Source: a candidate division WOR-3 bacterium
GTDB lineage: Bacteria > Hydrothermota > Tepidihabitantia > SM23-42 > CAYGYG01
DNA length: 16,305 nt
Reading direction: 5' to 3'
NCBI GenBank assembly: GCA_965648915.1
Contig: CBFGIV010000052.1
Coordinates: 1-16,305, forward strand
Positions within the stretch are counted from its first letter, which is position 1. Each line of letters begins with the position of its first letter. Shown here piece after piece: positions 7,863-16,190 of the stretch. The translations under genes were made by a program, and so were the position numbers. Below the pieces are notes generated by a model. It saw nothing but the letters and a program-made list of their open reading frames with translations. It was not told the DNA's origin and did no database searches.

Positions 7863-8833
7863 TTCAATCGCTCTTTTAATAGATCGATACGTTTAACTGG
7901 TAACGGATCAACTTTTTCAAGTCGGGCCAGATAGTATGATGTAAAATCACCAAGCCAGATTAAGTAGAAGACCCGTTCTAATGTATTACGCCCCTTACCA
8001 GAATACTCCCTGATCCGGCTCACTGCGTCGCTGAGTAGATCTTTAGTAATAACAACCCGTTGCAAATTTCTGGGATGGGCTGAGGGATCGGTCAAAAAGA
8101 CAATCCTGGTTAACTTCCAGATATTTTTAGTCCGACCCAGACCCACAATCTCATTATGATTCATTTCCGGTAAAGAGTGGTTATGAGCAAAGATTTTGCT
8201 ATTTTCGTTGAACTGACAACGCCAGCGGTAAGCCACAGGGTGGAAGGCTTGAGAGTTTGAGTAGATTACCGGGAGTGATTGATATAACCACCGGGCCAGA
8301 TTCTTAGCCCGGGAGATAATTTGTTTTCGTTCGCTCTTGAGGAAATTGACCATCTGGATCATCGCCGGATAGGGATTGGGCATCAGGTGATAGCGGTGGA
8401 GGATGAAGGGTATCGGCGTGAAGAGATAGCCGAGGGCGGCGCGGGGCGGGAGTCCACCAGGAATAATTATGGCGTTTTCCTGACCATGCTCTTTCAGCAG
8501 TTTACCGTTGCTGGTGATGATGAGCGTAATACATCTCTTGTGCAGCGCCATTTTTAAGTTTGCGAGCGTCTCTTCGGTATTACCTGAATAACTTACCAGG
8601 ATGACCAGTGTTTTGTTATTCACATACGGTGGTAGGTGGTAATCACGATTGATATGGATCGGGAGATCAATTTTTGCGCCATAAATTCCATAAAATAACT
8701 CTCCCCCGATTCCTGACCCGCCCATACCACAGATCACCAGATTTTCGATTTTCCTTTTATCGACCTTCAATAACAATGAGATTTCAATGGCGGTTTCAAT
8801 CTCTTCCGGTAGACTGTAGATCAGTTCATACAT
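7859..8833 (-). CDS. Bifunctional phosphoglucose/phosphomannose isomerase (SIS-domain PGI/PMI)
   Basis: CGMGGSGIGG, VSYSGNTEET, PRAALG, RW..QFNENSK and PEMNHNEIVG motifs. Confidence 0.92.
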   Translation of the reverse strand: MYELIYSLPEEIETAIEISLLLKVDKRKIENLVICGMGGSGIGGELFYGIYGAKIDLPIHINRDYHLPPYVNNKTLVILVSYSGNTEETLANLKMALHKRCITLIITSNGKLLKEHGQENAIIIPGGLPPRAALGYLFTPIPFILHRYHLMPNPYPAMIQMVNFLKSERKQIISRAKNLARWLYQSLPVIYSNSQAFHPVAYRWRCQFNENSKIFAHNHSLPEMNHNEIVGLGRTKNIWKLTRIVFLTDPSAHPRNLQRVVITKDLLSDAVSRIREYSGKGRNTLERVFYLIWLGDFTSYYLARLEKVDPLPVKRIDLLKERLK

Positions 8834-10586
8834 TCTGTCCTACCAGTATTGGTTCAAGTTCAGGAAAGTGCTTGATTATTGACCTTCGCAGGAATCGGCG
8901 AACCTCGAGCGGAGTTCGAAGATTGAGACTCTGATGGGCGATCTCTGCCGCCTTACTGACATCAATAGAACGCAGGATATATTTGGCTTCGGGAATGACC
9001 GATGGGGTCATAGATAATTCATCAATCCCGAGCCCGATGAGCAGGGGTATACCCAGGATGTCCGAGGCAATTTCCCCGCATACTCCAACCATTATATGAT
9101 ACTTGTGGGCGGCACCGATGACCTGGGAAATCAATTTTAAGACTGCAGGGTGAAAATGATCGAAGAGTTTACTTATCTGTTCATTCCCCCGGTCAACTGC
9201 TAATGTGTACTGGGTTAAATCATTGGAGCCGATGCTGAAGAAATCACATTCCCGGGCAAGATGTTCACTGAGGATTGCGGCGGATGGAGTTTCGACCATA
9301 ATGCCGATGGGCAGGTCATGGGCAAATTCGATTTTATCTTTCTGAAGTTCCTGTTTAGTCCGTTCAACAATCAATTTGGCTCTTTTTAATTCCTCAATGG
9401 TGGCAATCATCGGGAACATTATCTTTATATTACCCAGGACCGCGGCCCGTAAGATGGCTCTTAATTGAGTTTTGAAAAAGTTGATATCATCGAGACAGAA
9501 TCTTATTGCCCGCCATCCGAGAAACGGATTGGACTCTTTGTAACCGGGGCGCACCTTATCGCCACCCAGATCGAAAGTCCTGATGATGATTGGCCGATTT
9601 TTCATCCTCCGGGCTAGGGCATAATAAATCTCATATTGTTCATCCTCAGTAGGTAAACCGCGTTTGGCCAGGTATAGAAACTCAGTCCGGAAGAGTCCGA
9701 CACCTTCGGCTCCATAACGGAGAGCGGTTGAAACTTCGCTCAAGAATTCGATATTAGCTGAGATATCAACATATTTGCCGTCTTTGGTTTTAGGCACCAT
9801 CTGGGAGACAGTGGCAAAAGATTTTTTGTGTTCTTCAAGTTTTGTGATCTTTTGCTGGTAATTTTTTATGGAACTCTCTTTAGGATTTTTAATCAATAAT
9901 CCTCTTTCACCATCAAGAATTACGGTCTCACCGTCGACCACCTTCTCGAGGAGGCCGTGCAGTCCGAGGACCGCTGGTATTTCCAGGGCCTTGGCCATAA
10001 TCGCTGTATGAGAAGTAAGGCCACCGATCTCGGTTGCAATACCAAGGATTTCTTTAGGCTTGATCAAGGCGGCTTCTGAAGGAGGAAGGTCATGGGCGGC
10101 GACAATTGAACCGGCAGGAGCCTCAAGGATTGTTATATGTACCTCGCCAAGGAGATTCCGCAACAAACGATTGGCCATATCCCAGATATCGTAGATTCGT
10201 TCTCGTAAATAGGCGTCTTTAGACATCTGCAGTTTTTCAGTATAAGAGGTAATAACTTTGTTGTAGATATATTCACAATTTTTACGCTCGGCCTTGATGT
10301 TATTAATAACTTCCTGATTTAACTGGGGATCATCTAACATAAGGATCTGGGCTTCGAGGTATTTACTTAAGTCCAGATTCATTTCCGAACTTAAGCGCTG
10401 AGCGATAAGCGAGAGATCTTTTTTGGTCTTGGCCAGAGCCGCATGAAACCTCTTTATTTCAACTTCAACCGAGGTGATCTCGAATTCCGGGATCTTAGGT
10501 TGTGCCAGTTGATAGATAAAGATCTGGCCAATTGCAATCCCTTTTGAAGCCGGCATGCCGTGGATAATCATCTCCTTACTTTCCAT
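8826..10586 (-). CDS. ptsI: Phosphoenolpyruvate-protein phosphotransferase (PTS Enzyme I)
   Basis: 586 aa. Phospho-His motif GGLTSHTAIMA, plus GLFRTEFL, IRTFDLGGDK, NPFLGWRAIR, FFSIGSNDLTQY and GVCGE. SD GAAGGAG upstream. Confidence 0.97.
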   Translation of the reverse strand: MESKEMIIHGMPASKGIAIGQIFIYQLAQPKIPEFEITSVEVEIKRFHAALAKTKKDLSLIAQRLSSEMNLDLSKYLEAQILMLDDPQLNQEVINNIKAERKNCEYIYNKVITSYTEKLQMSKDAYLRERIYDIWDMANRLLRNLLGEVHITILEAPAGSIVAAHDLPPSEAALIKPKEILGIATEIGGLTSHTAIMAKALEIPAVLGLHGLLEKVVDGETVILDGERGLLIKNPKESSIKNYQQKITKLEEHKKSFATVSQMVPKTKDGKYVDISANIEFLSEVSTALRYGAEGVGLFRTEFLYLAKRGLPTEDEQYEIYYALARRMKNRPIIIRTFDLGGDKVRPGYKESNPFLGWRAIRFCLDDINFFKTQLRAILRAAVLGNIKIMFPMIATIEELKRAKLIVERTKQELQKDKIEFAHDLPIGIMVETPSAAILSEHLARECDFFSIGSNDLTQYTLAVDRGNEQISKLFDHFHPAVLKLISQVIGAAHKYHIMVGVCGEIASDILGIPLLIGLGIDELSMTPSVIPEAKYILRSIDVSKAAEIAHQSLNLRTPLEVRRFLRRSIIKHFPELEPILVGQNV

Positions 10587-10842
10587 GCTCTTCTCCTTCT
10601 AAGATTTTGCTCAATACGGCGAATGCTTCATTCTCATCGATACCCGAGACGATCAGTTCTACTTTACTGCCTTTTTCACAGGCAAGAGTAAGTATACCCA
10701 TTATTGATTTGCCGTCAACTTCGATTCCGTCTTTAATCAGTCTAACCTCGGATTTGAATCGATCCCCGGCCTTCACGAAGCGTGAGGCGGGCAATGCATG
10801 AAGTCCATATTCATTCTTAATTATAATGGTCTGCCTTATCAT
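10576..10842 (-). CDS. ptsH: Phosphocarrier protein HPr (atypical Arg17->Leu)
   Basis: 88 aa. GLHALPA with His15, and DGKSIMG with Ser46. Adjacent to ptsI. Confidence 0.93.
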   Translation of the reverse strand: MIRQTIIIKNEYGLHALPASRFVKAGDRFKSEVRLIKDGIEVDGKSIMGILTLACEKGSKVELIVSGIDENEAFAVLSKILEGEEHGK

Positions 10843-11558
10843 ATTCTTTTAATCACCTGATTTAAAATTAATAAGAAGAGAATGAGAAAGGCAACAAGAT
10901 ACCCATAGGGCCTTTTGATATAAAGCCAGATTAGGCTGAGAATAAAGAGAATCCAGATAAAGAAGTGAATAAACCAGTTTATTTGACTACCGACAAGGAA
11001 AGGGATTGTAAAGCCTGCCAGTAAGAGGCCACCGATTTCACCAACTTTCTGGAGTTGAGTGAAATTTTTAATATTGATGATATTTACAACTTCCCGGCCC
11101 ATCTGATAACCAATCTTGATGCCAAAAAAACGGTGGTAGATGTGAAAGAGGTTATAGATGATAAGGAAAGCAAGCGGACCGATCATCCCGAATTTTAGGG
11201 TCAGGATGACTGCAAGCAGGGAAACGGCCGGCCGCAGGGTTCCCCAGAAGAGTAAATCACCACTGGTTGCCAGAGTTCCCTGGCCGATACCCTTGAATCT
11301 TTTGATCTCGCTCCCGGTCAAATGCTCTTCTTCGATCAGTCTTAGCATAGCGCCGATCATATAAGAAGCCATATAGGGATGGGTGTTGAAAAGCCCTTTG
11401 TATTCTTTCAAGACGAGATCGCGCTTGGATCGATCCTTGAGTGCAGAAGTTAGGGCGGTAACAAAACCGAGGGTCTGCATCCCGGAAAAGGACCAGGATG
11501 CCTGAAGCATAAGTGTATAAAAGAAGATCTTTATTTGACGAGAAATTGATAGAGACAT
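10839..11558 (-). CDS. PTS mannose/fructose/sorbose family EIID component
   Basis: LQASW....MQ.LGF, FNTHPY and GD.LFWGTLRP motifs, with hydrophobic C-terminal helices. Confidence 0.9.
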   Translation of the reverse strand: MSLSISRQIKIFFYTLMLQASWSFSGMQTLGFVTALTSALKDRSKRDLVLKEYKGLFNTHPYMASYMIGAMLRLIEEEHLTGSEIKRFKGIGQGTLATSGDLLFWGTLRPAVSLLAVILTLKFGMIGPLAFLIIYNLFHIYHRFFGIKIGYQMGREVVNIINIKNFTQLQKVGEIGGLLLAGFTIPFLVGSQINWFIHFFIWILFILSLIWLYIKRPYGYLVAFLILFLLILNQVIKRI

Positions 11559-12184
11559 CCGATCAGGACTCCAGTCAGGAAATAAGTGATATATAATTTT
11601 TTATAAAACAGATAGATGGCATTGGCAGAACCGATGGCAATGCTGATCAAAAGAAGGATCTTCTCATCGAGGCTGAAGTAATTGGTCAGGAAACCGAAAA
11701 GTCTGATGAAGATCAACATTATCAGCAGGAAGAGAAAACCCCGGAGATAAACCAGAATCAATCCCAGAAGATGGAGCTTCAGGTATTGATGCACATTCTT
11801 TAAAAATTGCTGATAGAGTTCATTGCTTATCCTCCGAACGATGATATCAGGAATAGTGCCCAAGAGACCACCGACGATTCCAATTAGATAACTGAAGGTG
11901 AGGATATTTTCGTAGCCACCATTTTTTCTCAACAGGATGAACGAGGCAATGCTCAGGACGGCACCAGCCTGAGCATCAGGGGGGATTGAACGGCCTATTG
12001 GTAGATTGCTAAAGAAGATCAATTGTAACAAAACCCCGAGTGTTAATCCGGCTTCGGGTGCGCCAAAGAAAAGGCCGATAAGGGGACAGGCAATGATTGG
12101 CTGGGAAACGCCAAATTCGCCAATTGCATATTTATCAAGCATTATCAGACCACCAATCAGAGAGAGGATTATAATTAAAAACAA
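11531..12184 (-). CDS. PTS mannose/fructose/sorbose family EIIC component
   Basis: Highly hydrophobic. SQPII..PLIG...G..LG..LQLI...PIG..IPPD pattern. TTG start after GGAGGT. Directly upstream of EIID. Confidence 0.85.
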   Translation of the reverse strand: MFLIIILSLIGGLIMLDKYAIGEFGVSQPIIACPLIGLFFGAPEAGLTLGVLLQLIFFSNLPIGRSIPPDAQAGAVLSIASFILLRKNGGYENILTFSYLIGIVGGLLGTIPDIIVRRISNELYQQFLKNVHQYLKLHLLGLILVYLRGFLFLLIMLIFIRLFGFLTNYFSLDEKILLLISIAIGSANAIYLFYKKLYITYFLTGVLIGCLYQFLVK

Positions 12185-14052
12185 GTTACCTCCATAATCA
12201 ATCTGGGTAGCGATGCAAAATGAAGATGAAAACCAGTCCCCTGATAGTTTTTCTCAAAACCACCTTCTGACATTGAGACGGTCTCAACTGGATAATAATC
12301 GGCCCTGAAGAGATCAGGAGATGACAGGAGAATATTAATTTTTTTATCCTGGTTCACAATCGAAAGTTCGTTTCCTTCATAATATTTTTGTCTCTTCTTA
12401 TCCCATTTTTTGCCATCGATTTCGATATTTTCCTCGAAGAGCCCCAGGTTGATTTCGATGGCGATAGATGGCTGGGGGGCAGAAGCCTGATACTGAATTT
12501 CTATTCGCTCCTTTTCCAAGGTAAAAATTTTGGTAAGACGGTCACCCTGAAGTTTAAGATGCGAACCGGCAATTTCATATCGATTGTAGTTGACAATCTT
12601 ATTTTCAATGAAGTCGATGAATGCATAGCGGGGGAAAGAATCGTAGACTAAAAATCTCTCGAGTTCATCTTCTTTACTTCTGATTGTCTCATGGATACTG
12701 GTGATCTCACCATTATCAGGACGATGTTCTTTTATATCTTTCAACTTACGATGGTAACTTTCGGACCGACGACTTAAGACATTGATGAGGTTGATATATC
12801 TTGATCTTAGGTCGAATTCAATTATTGCCCCAAAACTCAACTTAAAAACGATAAAACAAAATGGATCAGTGAAGATGATCTCATCTTCACCATCGCAGTC
12901 AAAGTCGAGAATTTCAAAACCCTGATTGGTATTTATGAGATTGTCGGCCCGGATGAGGTGTTGGTAGATCGCCTCCCGGAGATGGGGTAGATATAAACCT
13001 CCAAAGATTCCGTGCCAGTAGGCACAGGATGCCTGGGCACGCCATAATTCCCGACGGGCTTCATTGTTATCTTTTAAATGCTTGCTTATGAAGAGCATAC
13101 GCTTGTGCATAATATTGGCCTCGGGATACTTAACCAGAAAGTTTTTAAAATACCCACCCTGCAAAAATCTTTTTTCCTGCGGGCTGGACTTTTGTTTCAA
13201 GTTCTCTAATTGGCTATAGACTTCAGGGGTCAGAACCCATTCGCCCATCTCTTCGTAAGATGCACAGGTCAGATAGACCCGACCCCTTGGTTTAAATTTC
13301 TGGAGCGCCTCCGCAAAGGTTAAAGTCTCAATCTTCTCTTCCTCAATCCGATTTAAAAAACCTTCCAGCCAACCCTGCTGATAGACATGGTCATAGGTTC
13401 CAGGCCAGAGGCCGAATTTTTCTCCGTCATCAGCAAAAACATAGAATTGGTCCGGGGTTAGTGATTTTATGTAATTCACTGTTTCATCGATAGGGTGGAA
13501 AGGGACAAGATATCGAAGTTTCATACTGCCTGGGAATATTTTCAATATCTGCCCCTCGTCTTCGGTAAGAAAATATCCATTAAGTTCATCCGGAGACACA
13601 CCACTGTAAATAAAATGTGTATCATCGACGACCGTATACTCAACCTGACTATTGATCAGGGATGAGATAAGCCCCGGTTCCCAGACCCTTTCGGTTAGCC
13701 AGATCCCCCGAGGTCGGTAGTCAAATTTCTTGGTAAGATAATCCGCGAAGGTGGATATCTGGTTGATCCGATCCTTCTCCGGGATCAAACTCAGGATCGG
13801 CTCATAGAATCCACCGCCCATAATTTCACACCGCTCCTGCCGAACCATAAATTTTAAGATTTCGATATATTCTGGGTGATGCAATTCTAACCACTCCAGG
13901 AGACTACCGGAATTATGAATGACAAACTTTACCTTCGGATGACGGCTGAGGATTTCAATGAGCGGCCAGTATGCGTTACGGAAAGCATATTCGAAGACAT
14001 GGTCGAAATTGCCAACAGGCTGATGGTTATGGATACAGAAGATCAGATTAAT
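12175..14052 (-). CDS. GH57 alpha-amylase / 4-alpha-glucanotransferase; start extended 56 codons to a probable ATT at 14052 (about 625 aa)
   Basis: The in-frame extension upstream of the ORF-track start (13884) reads INLIFCIHNHQPVGNFDHVF..AY.PL...H.SGSLLEWL, which is GH57 conserved region 1. Also present: GGGFYEPIL, WLTERVW (nucleophile Glu), ADDGEKFG (acid/base Asp) and YWHGIFGGLYLPHLR. Confidence 0.9.
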   Translation of the reverse strand: MNLIFCIHNHQPVGNFDHVFEYAFRNAYWPLIEILSRHPKVKFVIHNSGSLLEWLELHHPEYIEILKFMVRQERCEIMGGGFYEPILSLIPEKDRINQISTFADYLTKKFDYRPRGIWLTERVWEPGLISSLINSQVEYTVVDDTHFIYSGVSPDELNGYFLTEDEGQILKIFPGSMKLRYLVPFHPIDETVNYIKSLTPDQFYVFADDGEKFGLWPGTYDHVYQQGWLEGFLNRIEEEKIETLTFAEALQKFKPRGRVYLTCASYEEMGEWVLTPEVYSQLENLKQKSSPQEKRFLQGGYFKNFLVKYPEANIMHKRMLFISKHLKDNNEARRELWRAQASCAYWHGIFGGLYLPHLREAIYQHLIRADNLINTNQGFEILDFDCDGEDEIIFTDPFCFIVFKLSFGAIIEFDLRSRYINLINVLSRRSESYHRKLKDIKEHRPDNGEITSIHETIRSKEDELERFLVYDSFPRYAFIDFIENKIVNYNRYEIAGSHLKLQGDRLTKIFTLEKERIEIQYQASAPQPSIAIEINLGLFEENIEIDGKKWDKKRQKYYEGNELSIVNQDKKINILLSSPDLFRADYYPVETVSMSEGGFEKNYQGTGFHLHFASLPRLIMEVTCF

Positions 14053-14518
14053 CTTTCATCTCCTTTATAAATTTACCGACATCAGTAGTTGGACAGTTGG
14101 GCAGGGCACGGGCGAGAACCTTTATTCCTTTCTGGTTTAAGATTTTTATATACTCGATGTCCTCTTTACTGAGATAGATGTAGGAACAGACTTCACATTT
14201 GCCGTCGTCGAAACTGAGACAACCGAGGTCTACTTCTTTGACATTCAAACCGTCTTCAATAAGTTTAACCGCATCTTTGATCGAACCAACCAGAATCATT
14301 GTTTTGTTTATTTTCGGATCGATGACATTCATTAAGTTATCAAGTTCGGTTACAGTAAATTTTATATTTTCGGGCACCGCAAGATTATATGTGTTTTTAG
14401 CCCAATCGTCACCGGCAATCTCGTTGTTCGCCAGGATCAGATAGTTGATCCCGAGGGGCCGAACCCAGCCTGCAATTACCTGCCCATGGACATACCGGTC
14501 ATCGACGCGCAGGATCAT
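14048..14518 (-). CDS. PTS mannose/fructose/sorbose family EIIB component
   Basis: RVDDRYVHGQV..W motif with the phospho-acceptor His. 156 aa, stand-alone, with no fused EIIA. Confidence 0.92.
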   Translation of the reverse strand: MILRVDDRYVHGQVIAGWVRPLGINYLILANNEIAGDDWAKNTYNLAVPENIKFTVTELDNLMNVIDPKINKTMILVGSIKDAVKLIEDGLNVKEVDLGCLSFDDGKCEVCSYIYLSKEDIEYIKILNQKGIKVLARALPNCPTTDVGKFIKEMKD

Positions 14519-14519
14519 A

Positions 14520-16154
14520 TTAATTTAAGAAATTCCAGAAAATCCCGAACAGAAAGGCTCTGGGCTGAGCCGGGATTAATTCGGTATTGAAAAGATTATC
14601 AATCCAGAGGTAGAGATGAAAGTCGAGAAAGCGCAGACCGAACATAAGGCTGTGGACGGGCTGGTTAATAAATGTCTGTTCATAACGGCCGCGGAATGAT
14701 ACTGTCTCCAGATCGTAAAGGACTTCACCGCCTATAAGGTAATATCGACCCGAATCCCTCGAGGAATAGTTTCCTCCTCCGTAAAGGGAAAGATATTTTA
14801 GGCAGCAGAGAGATGCTGTACCAAAAACACCGTAACTCTTAACCGAGTTACAATTTTCTAATTTCTGGTAACCCTGATTATCTAAGATCATTCTGATCGG
14901 GCGGTCACAATGGGATTGGTAGAAGGAGATAAAGAGTTGACGATAGGAGAGCCCGATCCGACCCTGAGAATGGATTTCGGGTTTTAGGTCCGGATTACCT
15001 TTAATTTTCAATCCCATCGTAGTGTCTGCAGCAAAATTGGTAGCGATATAGCCTGCGCGCTGGCAAACGCGACGAATGACAAGGGAGATAGTCAAAGAAT
15101 CGGTGATGGTGTATCTCGTCTCGAGTTGAGGTTCAAGGGATAATTCTTTGAACTGGTAGTTATTTACGCCGATCCGGCCGGTGATGAAAAACCTGGCAAT
15201 ATTAAAATTGACCCTGGCCCAGAGATTGGATTCCAGCCATTTGTCGTGGGATTGATAATTACTTTGAAAGATGTGATAAATACCATCGGCTCCCAGGTCA
15301 AACTGGTAATGGCGCCTTGTTCGTCCGGTCTGCCCGGAGAGACAGAGGGAATTTGAATGATGGTTAAAGGTATCGGTCTGGTAACCGTTTAGTTGAAAAT
15401 ATCGGTAGAAATAAGAAAAGGCCAATCTGGTTTTTAAATTACCGCCGGTCATTGCTCCACCATAGATTTTTTTAGTTTGAGAGAGGTTTCTTGGTAAACC
15501 ACGATGGTTGCTTGCAGAATAGAAATCGGTATTAAAATATGTCCCGATTTTGCCATAGAGACTTCCGGTTAAGACATCCTGATCAGATGAGGTGATGGTC
15601 CGATAACCGAGGTTTTTGGTCTTATGATAAGCAAGATGACTGCCAAGATTTCGGGTCAGGTGACGATTGAGATCCAGCCCGAGTTTCGAGGCACCATAAC
15701 TTCCGCTTAGAAATCTTATCTGGCTGAACGCGGTGTCGGAGAGATTTTTCCTCGAGGTGATATTTACTGACCCGGCGGGCAAATACCCTCCATAATAGTT
15801 GTTACCGATTGATACCTCACGGGCATAATCGACCGGTATCTGATCGAGATCAGATACACCCGATATCGGATCTTTAAAAGGGACGCCGTTAAGAAACAGG
15901 GCGGGTTTCTCATAATCCTGAAGTAAAATTATCTGAGATTTATCAATCAATCCTGTTTCTTCAATCCTGCCCCCCAGGATTTTTAAAGGCTGGGAGAGTT
16001 CAAAGAAGTAGCCATCATTAACAAGATGAACCTCGCGATTATTAAATTTCTCAAACCATCCTCCAAACTCGCGGAGGACAAATGGCGGTTTGGTCAATGT
16101 GTCGGGTTGAATAGTATCAGTCTCTACCTGGATGAGAAAAAAAAAGAGAAACAT
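14520..16154 (-). CDS. TonB-dependent-receptor-like outer-membrane protein (plug plus compact barrel)
   Basis: Plug-like segment LFLNGVPF.DP..G..DLDQIPVD....V.I......G.VNITS, barrel start GSYG, GNPDLKPE motif, and C-terminal DNLFN...FLFGIFWNFLN. Confidence 0.75.
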   Translation of the reverse strand: MFLFFFLIQVETDTIQPDTLTKPPFVLREFGGWFEKFNNREVHLVNDGYFFELSQPLKILGGRIEETGLIDKSQIILLQDYEKPALFLNGVPFKDPISGVSDLDQIPVDYAREVSIGNNYYGGYLPAGSVNITSRKNLSDTAFSQIRFLSGSYGASKLGLDLNRHLTRNLGSHLAYHKTKNLGYRTITSSDQDVLTGSLYGKIGTYFNTDFYSASNHRGLPRNLSQTKKIYGGAMTGGNLKTRLAFSYFYRYFQLNGYQTDTFNHHSNSLCLSGQTGRTRRHYQFDLGADGIYHIFQSNYQSHDKWLESNLWARVNFNIARFFITGRIGVNNYQFKELSLEPQLETRYTITDSLTISLVIRRVCQRAGYIATNFAADTTMGLKIKGNPDLKPEIHSQGRIGLSYRQLFISFYQSHCDRPIRMILDNQGYQKLENCNSVKSYGVFGTASLCCLKYLSLYGGGNYSSRDSGRYYLIGGEVLYDLETVSFRGRYEQTFINQPVHSLMFGLRFLDFHLYLWIDNLFNTELIPAQPRAFLFGIFWNFLN

Positions 16155-16162
16155 TATAAATA

Positions 16163-16190
16163 ATATTATCTAAAATCGACTGAAAGTCAA
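16163..16190 (-). promoter_or_regulatory. Sigma70-type promoter for the minus-strand operon, leaderless or near-leaderless
   Basis: On minus: TTGACT (16190-16185), 16-nt spacer, TAATAT (16168-16163), then 8 nt to the ATG at 16154. No SD. Confidence 0.5.

Noticed and set aside
1051..14444. Short antisense or alternate-frame ORFs (e.g. 1051-1251, 3893-4189, 7608-7934, 10607-10801, 14199-14444)
   Set aside because: They overlap well-supported genes almost entirely and show no recognisable motifs, so they are shadow ORFs.
16176..16190. Short inverted repeat GACT-GAA-AGTC overlapping the -35 box
   Set aside because: The arms are too short to distinguish from chance, and no regulator gene or second copy was seen.
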